Positions 23,457 through 32,808 of a DNA stretch of 49,366 nt are shown piece by piece. The position numbers and the translations under genes were made by a program. Source of the DNA: Actinomycetes bacterium (lineage in GTDB: Bacteria > Actinomycetota > Acidimicrobiia > Acidimicrobiales > Bog-793); contig JAJZBW010000002.1 in NCBI GenBank assembly GCA_021798745.1, positions 1-49,366 of the forward strand, given 5' to 3'. Below the pieces are notes generated by a model, which was given only the letters and a program-made list of their open reading frames with translations, did no database searches and was not told the DNA's origin. Every line of letters starts with the position of its first letter. The first letter of the stretch is position 1.

Positions 23457-24488
23457 CTACTCGAGGAACACGCGTGCGACGTCCTCGACGAGCGACCGGC
23501 CGACCCGCTTGAGCTCGCTGGTGGCGTCCTCGAGGGTCACCCTCTCGACCGAGCCGCCGTGGAGCGCGACCATCTCCCCGAACGCACGGTCGTGCGCCGC
23601 GTCGACCGCAGCGATCCCAAAGCGCGTCGCGAGGACGCGGTCGAACGCGGAGGGGGTCCCTCCGCGAAGGACGTGCCCGAGGATCGTGACCCTGCACTCG
23701 AGCCCCGTGAGCCCCTCGAGCTCGCGTGCGACGACGCTCCCGATACCTCCGAGCCGCTCGTGGTCGTACTGGTCGATCTCGGCGGGCGGGAGGTCGAGGG
23801 TCCCCTCCTTCGGCTTCGCCCCCTCTGCCACGACCACGATCGAGGCGAAGCGGCCCTTCTCGTGGCGGCGAGCGAGGTGCCCGGCCACGAGGGAGAGGTC
23901 GAAGGGCTCCTCGGGGACGAGCACGACCGCCGCGCCCGCAGCGAGCCCGCTGTAGAGGGCGATCCAGCCCACGTGGCGGCCCATCACCTCGCAGACCATC
24001 ACGCGGTCGTGGGACTCCGCGGTCGTGTGGAGCCGGTCGATCGCCTCCACGGCGACCTGGACGGCCGTGTCGAACCCGATCGTGAAGTCCGTCCGGTTCA
24101 CGTCGTTGTCGATCGTCTTCGGGATGCCGATCACCGGGACACCCTGCCGGGAGAGCTGGCGCGCCGCGGAGAGCGTCCCCTCGCCCCCGATCGCGACGAC
24201 GGCCTCGATCCCGTGGCGCTCGAGGTTCGCGATCGCCCGGTCGACGCCACCGGGGACCTTGAACGGGTTGTATCGAGAGGTGCCGAGCATCGTCCCTCCG
24301 CGTGGGAGGACCCCGCGGCAGCGCGCGACGTCGAGCGGGAGCGAGTCGTCCTCGACGACGCCGCGCCATCCGTCTCGGAACCCGACCACCTCGTCCGAGT
24401 ACGAGACCGTCGCCTTGCGCACGACCGCTCGGATCGCCGCGTTCAGACCGGGACAGTCGCCTCCGCCGGTAAGGACAGCAACGCGCAT
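23457..24488 (-). CDS. pfkA: 6-phosphofructokinase (PfkA family; GGEG motif suggests the ATP-dependent type)
   Basis: The translation contains MRVAVLTGGGDCPGLNAAIRAVV, VAIGGEGTL, GIPKTIDND and MGRHVGWIAL. Confidence 0.93.
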   Translation of the reverse strand: MRVAVLTGGGDCPGLNAAIRAVVRKATVSYSDEVVGFRDGWRGVVEDDSLPLDVARCRGVLPRGGTMLGTSRYNPFKVPGGVDRAIANLERHGIEAVVAIGGEGTLSAARQLSRQGVPVIGIPKTIDNDVNRTDFTIGFDTAVQVAVEAIDRLHTTAESHDRVMVCEVMGRHVGWIALYSGLAAGAAVVLVPEEPFDLSLVAGHLARRHEKGRFASIVVVAEGAKPKEGTLDLPPAEIDQYDHERLGGIGSVVARELEGLTGLECRVTILGHVLRGGTPSAFDRVLATRFGIAAVDAAHDRAFGEMVALHGGSVERVTLEDATSELKRVGRSLVEDVARVFLE

Positions 24489-24615
24489 CTCCTCGGACCC
24501 TCTCCGCTCGTGGCTTCTCGCGTCACCCGGACCGTCGCGGCGGAGCGCGGTGCCACCACGGTCGGGCGGGACGCGGGCGTCGTCGCAACCCTAGTGGCCA
24601 CGGGAGCGGGCGCGA

Positions 24616-24665
24616 GGTGACCGGTGGGGTCGTCACGTCCGGTGACCGGTGGGGTCGTCACGTCC
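24616..24665. repeat. Perfect 25-bp tandem duplication GGTGACCGGTGGGGTCGTCACGTCC x2 in the pfkA / ABC-SBP divergent spacer
   Basis: Read directly: 24616-24640 is identical to 24641-24665. Each unit contains the inverted pentamers GTGAC...GTCAC. Confidence 0.92.
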
Positions 24666-24813
24666 GGCTCCCGGTCGGATCGCGAGATGTCCCGCGTCCC
24701 GTTACCGATTGTTCAGCGAGCGGTCACGTCGAGGTGGACCGAGCGTAACGGTCGCTTCCTAAGGTCCCCGGCGTCGCTGTGAGACGGAACCGACGCTCGA
24801 CGGGAGAGAGAAC

Positions 24814-25911
24814 GTGACGAAAGTAGCGTACGGATCGACGCGCCCGAGGCGCCCGAGACTCGTGCCGCAGGTCGCTGCGCTGTCCGCGGCGGGAGCGCTC
24901 GCTGCGACGCTCGGGGCAACCGCGGGGGTCGCCTCCGCGAGCTCGGTGCACCGCTCCTCGGGGCGCTCGAAGGTCGTCCCCCTCGTCGTGTACTCGGCAC
25001 AGGGCTACGACAAGCTCGCGACCGAGGACTTCTCGAAGAAGTACCACATCCCGGTCCAGCTGGACGACAACTCGACGGGGCCGCTGCTCACCCAGATCGA
25101 GGCCTCGAAGAACAACCCGAAGTGGGGGCTTCTCTGGGTCGACGGTGCGACCGCGTTCGCGGGCCTCGACACCCAGCACCTCCTCCTTCGCGGCTACGAG
25201 CCCCGCGTGTCGTGGAACTCCCTCGGGCTCCAGGCGCTCCCCAAGGACAAGAGCTACGTGCCGACCGGGGTGACGCTCGCGGGCGCGATGGCCTACGACG
25301 CCGCGAAGGTGCCGAACCCGCCGTCCAGCTGGGCGGACCTGCTCGCCGCGAAGTGGAAGGGCCAGATCGGGACGAACGACCCGAGCCAGTCGGGTCCGAC
25401 CTACCCGTTCGTCGCGGGGATGATGAACGACCTCGGCGGGATCGGCGCGGGGGAGACGTTCTTCTCGGACCTGAAGGCGAACGGGCTCGTCGTGAACCCG
25501 ACGAACGGCCCGACGCTCGCGGCGCTCGCGTCGGGTCAGATCAACATCGCGCTCGTCCAGAGCTCGGCCGCGGTCGGGGCGACCTTCTCGGACAAGAACC
25601 TGAAGGTGCGGTACCTCGACCCGGTCACGATCCTCCCGAGCGCGATCGGGATCGACGCGAAGGCCCCGAAGCAGGAGCAGGTCGAGGCCGAGGAGTTCGC
25701 CTCCTACGTGCTCTCGCCGGCGGGTCAGAAGGTCATGCAGACGGGCGACCCGACGGGCGACTCCCTCTACTACCCGGTCCTGAACGGGATAGCGCCGCGA
25801 AAGGCGCTCCCTCCGCTCACGGGTGTGAAGACCCAGAACATCGACCCGTACGTGTGGGGGCCGAAGGAGAACACGATCAACGCGTGGTTCGACCAGAGCA
25901 TCGTCCAGTAG
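24814..25911 (+). CDS. ABC transporter substrate-binding protein (family-1 SBP, Fe3+/thiamine/polyamine type)
   Basis: The GTG at 24814 has GGGAGAGAG upstream. The signal region is RPRRPRLVPQVAALSAAGALAATLGATAGVASA. Size and pattern (VVYSAQGYD..., PKWGLLWVDG) fit FbpA/AfuA-like binding proteins, and a double-length permease and an ATPase follow it. Confidence 0.82.
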   Translation: MTKVAYGSTRPRRPRLVPQVAALSAAGALAATLGATAGVASASSVHRSSGRSKVVPLVVYSAQGYDKLATEDFSKKYHIPVQLDDNSTGPLLTQIEASKNNPKWGLLWVDGATAFAGLDTQHLLLRGYEPRVSWNSLGLQALPKDKSYVPTGVTLAGAMAYDAAKVPNPPSSWADLLAAKWKGQIGTNDPSQSGPTYPFVAGMMNDLGGIGAGETFFSDLKANGLVVNPTNGPTLAALASGQINIALVQSSAAVGATFSDKNLKVRYLDPVTILPSAIGIDAKAPKQEQVEAEEFASYVLSPAGQKVMQTGDPTGDSLYYPVLNGIAPRKALPPLTGVKTQNIDPYVWGPKENTINAWFDQSIVQ

Positions 25912-25945
25912 AGACGGAGGACGAGACGGCGCGCTCCGCCCGCCG

Positions 25946-27814
25946 ATGACGCTCGCCGCCCACGAGAGCCCGCCTGCGAGAACGGATCTCGTCGGAGGGC
26001 GGGACGACGCAGAGCCAACCGCCTCCGGCACCTCGTCCGTCCCGGGCCCCCGCGGCCCGGGACGGGAGGGGCGCCGGGTCGGGAGCACGCGCCGTTCGGA
26101 CCTGTGGACGCTCTCTGCGGAGGGCCTGGCGCGGCTCGGGCGGCCCGTGCTCTGGCTGTCGATCGTCGCGCTCATCCTCGCTCCGAGCGCGTGCTTCCTC
26201 GTCCTCGCGGTCTCTCCGAGGCTCTTCGGGCAGGGGAGCGCGTGGTTCACGCTCTCCTACCTGCGCGCCGTGCTCACGGGGGGGACGGCGACGGCGCTCG
26301 TGAACTCCGTCTGGGTGTCGTGTGCGGCAGCGGCGCTCGGCCTCGCGGTCGGGTTCCCGATCGCGTGGCTCGCGAGCCGGACGGACCTTCCCGGCCGTCG
26401 GGTCGTCGCCGGAGCGATGTGGTTCGTCCTGCTCCTCCCGTCGTGGCTGCCCGCGATCGGTTGGCAGCGGCTCGTCCAGCCGGACGGCGTCATGTACCGG
26501 ATCGGGCTCGACCTTCCCGTCGTGACCCATCTCGTGATGGGGCCCGTCGGGGTCGTGCTGCTCCTCGGGATGCGGTGCGTTCCGTTCACGTACCTCGCGG
26601 TGACGGCGGCTCTCGCGGGGCTCGGCCAGGAGTTCGAGGACGCGGCCCGTGTGCACGGGGCGACCCGGACGGGCGCGATCCGCCTCGTGGCTCCGATCCT
26701 CGCACCCGCGATCACCTCGGCGCTCGCGATCGGGTTCGCGGAGACGGTGAGCGACTTCGGGGTGGCCTCGACGCTCGCGTACTCGTCGCACTTCCCTCTC
26801 GCGACCTACCAGCTGTACGCGGACGTGAACGGCTTCCCCCCGAGCTTCTCGGGGGCGGCCGCGATCGGGTGGCTCCTCGTCGCGTCGGTCGCGGTGCCGC
26901 TCGCGTTCCAGGCGCGCGCCCTTCGGGGGCGCTCCTACGCGGTGCTCTCCGGTCGGACGCGGCCGGTCGTGCGGCGCGAGCTCCGCCCACGAGCGAAGCT
27001 CGGGGCGGTCGCGTTCGTGGCGCTCTTCTACGGCGCGGCGCTCGGCGTCCCGGGATTCGGCGCGCTGAGCTCGTCGCTCCTCGCCGACTTCGGCGCGAGC
27101 TTCCGCCTCACGCTCGTGAACTACCGGCTCGTGTTCGCGAGCTCGGGGCTGTCCGGCCCGCTCGAGCGGTCGCTCGCGTACGGGGCGATCACGGCCTCGG
27201 TGACGGTCGTCGGCGGGTTCGTGTTCGCGACGATGCTCGCCCGGAAGCGGACGGCGACGACGAAGATCCTCGACTTCCTCCTGCTCGCGGCGGTGGCGCT
27301 TCCGAGCGTCGTGTTCGCGGCGGGGTACATCTTCGCCTACAACCTGCCGTTCCTGTCGCGGATGGGGATAGACATCTACCAGACCGTCACGCTCCTCGTC
27401 TTGGGCTACGTCGCGTCGAGCCTCCCGACGAACGCACGAGTGCTCGTCGGAGCGGTCTCCCAGGTGCAGAGGTCGCTGCACGAGGCCGGACGCGCCCACG
27501 GTGCGGGCAGCGTGCGCGCCTGGGCGCGTGGGGTGTTCCCCGTGCTCTCGCGCCCGCTCACGATGGCGTGGCTTCTCACGTTCACCGGGATATTCCTCGA
27601 GCTGCCGATCTCGCAGCTCCTGTACGCGCCCGGATCGCCGCCGTTGTCGGTCGCGATCCAGGACAACCTCGGCAACTACCACTTCGGCACGGGAATGGCC
27701 CAGGCGGTCGTGGCGGTGCTGTTCGCGCTCGTCGCCGTCGGGGTCGTGCTCGGCGGATATCGGCTTCTCGCGCCGAAGGGATGGCGGCGGATCGGAGGAG
27801 GGGCACATGGGTGA
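25946..27814 (+). CDS. ABC transporter permease, fused double-TMD type (FbpB/ThiP-like)
   Basis: The 622-aa product has ~12 hydrophobic helices in two homologous halves, each with an EAA-like loop (EDAARVHGATRTGAIRLV and HEAGRAHGAGSVRAWARGV). Confidence 0.85.
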   Translation: MTLAAHESPPARTDLVGGRDDAEPTASGTSSVPGPRGPGREGRRVGSTRRSDLWTLSAEGLARLGRPVLWLSIVALILAPSACFLVLAVSPRLFGQGSAWFTLSYLRAVLTGGTATALVNSVWVSCAAAALGLAVGFPIAWLASRTDLPGRRVVAGAMWFVLLLPSWLPAIGWQRLVQPDGVMYRIGLDLPVVTHLVMGPVGVVLLLGMRCVPFTYLAVTAALAGLGQEFEDAARVHGATRTGAIRLVAPILAPAITSALAIGFAETVSDFGVASTLAYSSHFPLATYQLYADVNGFPPSFSGAAAIGWLLVASVAVPLAFQARALRGRSYAVLSGRTRPVVRRELRPRAKLGAVAFVALFYGAALGVPGFGALSSSLLADFGASFRLTLVNYRLVFASSGLSGPLERSLAYGAITASVTVVGGFVFATMLARKRTATTKILDFLLLAAVALPSVVFAAGYIFAYNLPFLSRMGIDIYQTVTLLVLGYVASSLPTNARVLVGAVSQVQRSLHEAGRAHGAGSVRAWARGVFPVLSRPLTMAWLLTFTGIFLELPISQLLYAPGSPPLSVAIQDNLGNYHFGTGMAQAVVAVLFALVAVGVVLGGYRLLAPKGWRRIGGGAHG

Positions 27815-29036
27815 GAGAGTCGTCGTCGGGTCCGTCGACAAGCTCTACGCGGGAGCGAGCCGAGCTCTCGACGCGGTCTCGATGGAGGTCGACGCGGGGA
27901 CCGTGCTCGTTCTCCTCGGGCCCTCGGGCTCGGGCAAGACGACGCTCCTGCGCTGCATCGCGGGAATCGAGCGCGTGAGCGCGGGGGAGATCGTCATAGG
28001 AGAGGTGCCGGTCGCCGCCGACCGGGTCCACCTCCCGCCCGAGAGGAGGAACCTCTCGATGGTCTTCCAGGACTACGCGCTGTGGCCGCACATGGTCGCC
28101 CGGGACAACGTCGCGTTCGCGCTGAAGCGCCGTGGGCTCGCGAAGCAGGAGGCGCGCGCACGCGCGCTCGAGATGCTCGCACGTGTCGGGCTCGGGCATC
28201 TCGCGGGCCGCTACCCGAGCGAGCTCTCCGGAGGGGAGCAGCAGCGCGTCGCGCTCGCACGAGCGCTCGTCGGCGGCACCGGACTCGTGCTCTTCGACGA
28301 GCCACTCTCGAACCTCGACGCGGATCTGCGCGAGAGGATGCGCATCGAGATCTCCTCGCTCGTGCGCGCGGCGGGGGCGACGGCCATCTACATCACCCAC
28401 GACCAGTCGGAGGCGTTCGCGCTCGCCGACCGCGTCGGCGTGCTCGAGAAGGGGCGCCTCGTCCAGTTCGGGGTCCCCGAGGAGATCTACGCGGCGCCCG
28501 CGTCCCCGTTCGTCGCACGGTTCACGGGTCTCGCGGGCGAGCTCGCCGTGCGCTCGCGGGGAGAGGAGCGAGGCGACGGGACCCTCGAGGTCGAGGCGAC
28601 GTCCGCCTCCTCCGTCCGGGCTTTCCGGGCGCGCGTCGGGCAGCGCGGTGCACGTGTCGAACGCGGGACGGTCATGATCCGCCCGACCGCGGTTCGGATC
28701 TGCCACCCGGAGGGGGACGAGCACCACCTCGTCGGGCGGGTCGCGGATGTCGCGTTCCGCGGGCGCGGCTACGAGCACGCGGTCGAGCTCGCGTGCGGGA
28801 CGCAGCTGAGCAACGTGTTCGCGGACGTCCGCGTCGAGAGGGGCGAGAGCGTGGCGCTCCGTCTCGAGGTCGCGGGGTGCATGGTCTTCTCCTCCGACGA
28901 GTTCGCTACGATGGGAGGCGACACGCCGAGCGCCGCTCCGGCCGAGACGCGTCCCTCGGGCGATCCGGGCGGTGACCCGACGCTCGTCGCGGTGCTCCAT
29001 GCGGGAGCGGTGGAGGAGATCGGGTCGTGGAAGTGA
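27807..29036 (+). CDS. ABC transporter ATP-binding protein with C-terminal TOBE-like regulatory domain
   Basis: The translation has Walker A GPSGSGKTT, the signature LSGGEQQRVALARAL, Walker B LVLFDEPLSNLD and the H-loop ITHDQ. The ATG at 27807 overlaps the permease stop at 27812-27814. Confidence 0.9.
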   Translation: MGERVVVGSVDKLYAGASRALDAVSMEVDAGTVLVLLGPSGSGKTTLLRCIAGIERVSAGEIVIGEVPVAADRVHLPPERRNLSMVFQDYALWPHMVARDNVAFALKRRGLAKQEARARALEMLARVGLGHLAGRYPSELSGGEQQRVALARALVGGTGLVLFDEPLSNLDADLRERMRIEISSLVRAAGATAIYITHDQSEAFALADRVGVLEKGRLVQFGVPEEIYAAPASPFVARFTGLAGELAVRSRGEERGDGTLEVEATSASSVRAFRARVGQRGARVERGTVMIRPTAVRICHPEGDEHHLVGRVADVAFRGRGYEHAVELACGTQLSNVFADVRVERGESVALRLEVAGCMVFSSDEFATMGGDTPSAAPAETRPSGDPGGDPTLVAVLHAGAVEEIGSWK

Positions 29037-29073
29037 CCGGGTCGTGCGGGACGCGGAGGGAGGTCGGACCCCT

Positions 29074-29865
29074 GTGACCTCGACGGTCGTTCTCATGCTC
29101 GCGGTGTTCGCCGCGAGCGCGGTCGAGATGGTCGAGGCGCTCACGATCGTCGTCGCGGCGGGCACGACCCGAGGCTGGCGTTCGGCCTTCGAGGGGAGCG
29201 CGGTCGCGGTCGTCGCGCTCGCGGCGATCGTCGGCGCGGTCGGGGTCCCGCTCGTCCACCTCGTCCCGATAGACGTGCTCCGGGTCGTGATCGGCGCGCT
29301 CCTCCTCGTGCTCGGGCTCGCGTGGCTGCGAAAGGCGATCCTCCGCTCGAGCGGGCACAAGGAGATGCACGACGAGGACGCTATCTACGCGAGGACCGTC
29401 GCAGAGCTCGCCGGCGACGAGGAGCCCACGCGGGTGCGCCGCGACGCGGTCGGGTTCGTCGTCGCGTTCAAAGGGGTGTTCCTCGAGGGGATGGAGGTCG
29501 TCCTCATCGTGCTCAGCCTCGGCTCGAGCGCCCACAAGCTCGGGCTTGCGGCGGCGGCCGCCGGCGCGGCGGCGGTCGTCGTCGCTGGCGTCGGGGTGCT
29601 CGTCGCCCGTCAGCTCTCCGAGGTTCCGGAGAACGCGATGAAGATGGGCGTCGGGATCATGCTCACGAGCTTCGGGGTCTTCTGGGCGGGAGAGGGCTCG
29701 GGCGTGCGCTGGCCGGGGAGCGACCTCTCGATACTCGCGCTCGTCGCGTTCTTCGCGGCGGTGACCGCGCTGTCCGTCATGGCGATGCGGCGCGTGCTCC
29801 CGGGCGCCGTCGGGCGAAGTCGGGACGGGGTCGCGGCTCGGCTCGACGAGGTCGCGGGGCGGTGA
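29074..29865 (+). CDS. Seven-helix membrane protein with internal two-fold repeat and intramembrane acidic motifs (putative cation transporter)
   Basis: The GTG at 29074 has GGAGGGAGG upstream. The repeated motifs are AVEMVEALTIVVA (helix 1) and FLEGMEVVLIVLS (helix 4). It lies directly downstream of the ABC importer. Confidence 0.55.
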   Translation: MTSTVVLMLAVFAASAVEMVEALTIVVAAGTTRGWRSAFEGSAVAVVALAAIVGAVGVPLVHLVPIDVLRVVIGALLLVLGLAWLRKAILRSSGHKEMHDEDAIYARTVAELAGDEEPTRVRRDAVGFVVAFKGVFLEGMEVVLIVLSLGSSAHKLGLAAAAAGAAAVVVAGVGVLVARQLSEVPENAMKMGVGIMLTSFGVFWAGEGSGVRWPGSDLSILALVAFFAAVTALSVMAMRRVLPGAVGRSRDGVAARLDEVAGR

Positions 29866-30077
29866 CCTCCGCGCTCGGCAGGTACGTCGTCGCGTTCGGG
29901 CGGTTCTGGTGGGACTTCCTCGTGGGCGACACCCCGGAGGTATTCGTCGGGGTGCTCGTCGTCGTCGGCGCGGCCGTGGGCCTCCGCCACGAGCGGACCG
30001 GCGACGTCGTCGTGACCCCCCTGCTCACGGTCGCGGTGCTCGCCCTCAGCACCTACCGGGGCCGCCGGCGCGCCTGA
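29862..30077 (+). CDS. Small (71 aa) two-helix membrane protein
   Basis: A GTGA overlap joins it to the preceding gene (GTG 29862, TGA 29863-29865). The translation contains FGRFWWDFLVGDTPEVFVGVLVVVGAAVGL...VVTPLLTVAVLALS. Support is positional coupling and hydrophobicity only. Confidence 0.4.
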   Translation: MTSALGRYVVAFGRFWWDFLVGDTPEVFVGVLVVVGAAVGLRHERTGDVVVTPLLTVAVLALSTYRGRRRA

Positions 30078-30120
30078 TCCCCGTCGCCCCACGGAGGTGC
30101 GGGTCCTGGGACCCGTTCGC

Positions 30121-30861
30121 TCAGGGGTGCCGGTGGACGACGCCGACCCGGACCTGGTCGCGCGGGCGGATCACCATCTGGTCGACGTCGACGTGGCTCG
30201 GGCGGCTCACGACGAACGCGATGCACTCGGCGACGTCGTCCGCGCTGAGCGGGGTCATCCGCTCGTACACGGCCGTCGCGCGAGCAGCGTCGCCCTCGAA
30301 GCGCACGAGCGAGAACTCCGTCTCGACCATCCCCGGGTCGATCTCGCTCACCCGTACGGGCTCGCCGAGGAGCTCGAGACGGAGAACGTCCATGAGCGCT
30401 CGCGTCGCGTGCTTCGCCGCGTTGTAGCCGCCGCCCCCGACGTAGGGCTCGAACGCGGCGACGGACCCGACGGTCACGACGTGGCCGTCCCCCGACGCGA
30501 CGAGCGCGGGGAGCAGCGCTCGGACCATCCGGAGCGTCCCGAGCACGTTCGACTCGAACATGGCGCGCCACTTCTCGACGTCCGCGTCGGCGACGCTCTC
30601 GAACCCGAGGGCGCCTCCGGCGCAGTTCACGAGAACCCGGCACTCGGTCAGCGCGGCACAGAACTCCTCGACCGAGCGCTCGTCGGCGACGTCGAGCCGG
30701 TGGGCCCGGGCGGACGCGCCGATCTCGGCCGCGAGCGACTCGATGCGCTCGACGCGGCGCGCCCCGAGAACGACCTCGTAGCCGGCCGCGGCGAGCGCTC
30801 GTGCGGTGGCGGCTCCGATGCCGCTCGACGCTCCCGTGACGACGGCGACGGGACGTGACAT
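30121..30861 (-). CDS. Short-chain dehydrogenase/reductase (classical SDR)
   Basis: The translation contains VAVVTGASSGIGAATARALA (TGxxxGxG), NCAG, and the catalytic YNAAK. The ATG at 30861 has GGAGGA upstream. Confidence 0.9.
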   Translation of the reverse strand: MSRPVAVVTGASSGIGAATARALAAAGYEVVLGARRVERIESLAAEIGASARAHRLDVADERSVEEFCAALTECRVLVNCAGGALGFESVADADVEKWRAMFESNVLGTLRMVRALLPALVASGDGHVVTVGSVAAFEPYVGGGGYNAAKHATRALMDVLRLELLGEPVRVSEIDPGMVETEFSLVRFEGDAARATAVYERMTPLSADDVAECIAFVVSRPSHVDVDQMVIRPRDQVRVGVVHRHP

Positions 30862-30985
30862 GGGTGGGTCCTCCATCCGACCAGCCGTCCGGCGCCGGCC
30901 GGCCGAGCGAGAACGTAGTGGCCCGCAGGCTGCTCCCGCCACGCGTCGGGATGCGGGACGGGAAGGTCGCGAGCCCTCCCCGGGG

Positions 30986-31561
30986 TCACCCGGCGTGCAC
31001 GGCTGCCCGGCGGCGGGCCGCGGCGGGCCCCCAGAGGTCGGCGCACGCCTCGCAGGTCGCCTCGGAGACGAGACCGACGCGCATGAGCACGCCGAACAGC
31101 TGGCACCCGACGCAGAACCCGAGAGCGGCCTCGAGGAGCGCCGGGAGGGCGAGCACCGCGAGCAGGACGTAGGTCGCGACCGGAGCGCCCGCGGCCCAGC
31201 AGCCCGTGGCGGCGAGGGTGAACGCCGCCCCGATCCCCTGGGCGAAGCGCTTCGGGGGGCCGGGGACGAGCTTCTCGTGCGCGGCGAGCCGCGGTGCGAC
31301 GAGCCGCGTCGCGACCTGCGCGAGCGGGCTCAGGCGCGGGCCGCTCACGACGCGTGCGAGGAACCCGTAGGCGAGGGGCGCCGCGAGCCACGCCTGGCGC
31401 GTCGCGAGCGCCGTGACCGCCGTCGCGAAGACGCCGGACGCGACGGTGCGGGCCGCGACGTCGTTCACCTGCTCGGGGAACCCGACGAGCGACGCGGCGG
31501 CCCGGACCGGGCGTGCCGCGGTGCGTCGCGCCCGTGCGAGGCCATCTCCTCCAGCCATCAC
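30986..31561 (-). CDS. DUF4395-like membrane protein
   Basis: It has four hydrophobic segments and a C-terminal GFCVGCQLF...CEAC cysteine cluster, the pattern I associate with DUF4395. Confidence 0.6.
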   Translation of the reverse strand: MMAGGDGLARARRTAARPVRAAASLVGFPEQVNDVAARTVASGVFATAVTALATRQAWLAAPLAYGFLARVVSGPRLSPLAQVATRLVAPRLAAHEKLVPGPPKRFAQGIGAAFTLAATGCWAAGAPVATYVLLAVLALPALLEAALGFCVGCQLFGVLMRVGLVSEATCEACADLWGPAAARRRAAVHAG

Positions 31562-31772
31562 GCCCTCCTGCTCGACCCTCCGTGCGCCCGGCGGCGGATC
31601 GCTGCCGTCGCACCCCGTGCTACCTGCCCGGACGTCCCCAGCGTGTCCCCGACCGGACGTCCGTCCCCGTGGTCACGCAATTGTTGACTAGCTGGATCAT
31701 ATATCGCGTCCGGAGCCGGTCGGCGCGAAGGTCGTCCCGCAGGCTCGGGAGCGGAGAGAATGGTCCGGTGCC

Positions 31773-32618
31773 GTGCCCCTCCGAGCGCCCGAGAAGCCGC
31801 GCGTGAGCGGGGCGGGCCACCACGTCGGCCACCGCCGCGCGGAGCGCACCGAGGAGCAGGACCGGCGGGCCGACGCGCTCGTCGCGGCAGTGTCCGGAGC
31901 GGTCGCCCTCGCCGCCGTGGTCGGGGGCTCGATCTACGGCAACGTCCGGCCGAGCGGTCCCGGGGACCACCTCGAGGCCGAGGTCGCTGCGTGGAGCTCG
32001 GCGGCCGTGCTCGCGGTCGCCGGGGTGCTCCTGACACGGCACGGGTCGAGCGTCCTCGGACGTCTCGTGGCCCGCAGGACGATCCCGGCGGCGGGCGTCG
32101 CGATCCGGATCGTCGCGTCCGTCGTCGGGTACGTGGTCGTCCTGTTCACCGCCCTCGGGCTCCTCAGCGTGTCCGTGAGCCACATCCTCACCGCGGGCGC
32201 CATCACGGGCGTCGTCGTCGGGATCGCCGCGCAGCAGAGCCTCGGGAACGTGTTCGCCGGGCTCGTCCTGCTCCTCGCGCGCCCGTTCACGATCGGCGAC
32301 CACGTCCGGGTCCGCTCCGGCTCGCTCGGAGGGCTGTTCGACGGGGTCGTGCTCGAGATGAGCCTCACGTACGTGACCCTCTCCACCGACGACGGGCCCC
32401 TCAAGGTCCCGAACGCCGCGCTCCTCGCGTCCGCCGTGGGCCCGTACCGCGACCGGCTCCCGGTCGCACCGACGCCCGGGGACGGACCGACGCCCGAGGT
32501 CGGCCCTCCCTCCGGCGAAGGATCGACGTCCGGTCCCACGTCCTCCGGGGACGGGCCGGAGGCTCCGGACGCGCGTCGGGAGGGGAGCGGCCCGGCACCC
32601 GGAGCGGCGGAGTCCTGA
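31773..32618 (+). CDS. Small-conductance mechanosensitive channel (MscS family)
   Basis: The pore helix plus beta-domain signature GIAAQQSLGNVFAGLVLLLARPFTIGDHVRV...GVVLEMSLTYVTL is present, with a Pro/Gly/Ser-rich C-terminal tail. The start is uncertain (GTG 31773 or GTG 31803). Confidence 0.8.
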   Translation: MPLRAPEKPRVSGAGHHVGHRRAERTEEQDRRADALVAAVSGAVALAAVVGGSIYGNVRPSGPGDHLEAEVAAWSSAAVLAVAGVLLTRHGSSVLGRLVARRTIPAAGVAIRIVASVVGYVVVLFTALGLLSVSVSHILTAGAITGVVVGIAAQQSLGNVFAGLVLLLARPFTIGDHVRVRSGSLGGLFDGVVLEMSLTYVTLSTDDGPLKVPNAALLASAVGPYRDRLPVAPTPGDGPTPEVGPPSGEGSTSGPTSSGDGPEAPDARREGSGPAPGAAES

Positions 32619-32659
32619 CTGCTCTGCACGCATCTCGTGCCATCTCATGAGTTGCTCGC

Positions 32660-32760
32660 ATGGACAATGTCCATTCCAGGCGCATGTTCGACCGAGTCGC
32701 TAACTTTGCGTTAGCAATTCGATAACGTTGGTCGCGGAGAATCCGGGGGACCTCGGATTC
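32660..32760 (+). promoter_or_regulatory. AT-richer leader with three short palindromes upstream of the secreted repeat protein
   Basis: The three elements are ATGGACA-A-TGTCCAT at 32660-32674, GCTAAC-TTTGC-GTTAGC at 32699-32715, and GAATCCG-N8-CGGATTC at 32739-32760. AGGAGGAGGA lies at 32793-32802, before ATG 32809. Confidence 0.35.
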
Positions 32761-32808
32761 ACAGGCTCGCAGGATGCGAACCGGGGCGACACAGGAGGAG
32801 GACCGTCC

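Noticed and set aside
24690-24813. A possible TPP or other riboswitch in the leader of the thiamine/Fe3+-type ABC importer (contains GCTGTGAGACGG, reminiscent of the CUGAGA box).
   Set aside because: I could not find the other conserved TPP elements (the GGGGUGC-type P2/P3 start, or the ACCUGAUCUGGAUAAUGCCAGCG pyrimidine-sensor helix). A single hexamer match is not evidence.
31676-31706. An AT-rich patch GCAATTGTTGACTAGCTGGATCATATATCGCG that looks like a sigma-70 promoter (TTGACT ... TATATC) between the DUF4395 and MscS genes.
   Set aside because: The spacing between TTGACT (31684-31689) and TATATC (31700-31705) is only 10 nt, not ~17. It is probably regulatory DNA, but I cannot support a specific -35/-10 call.
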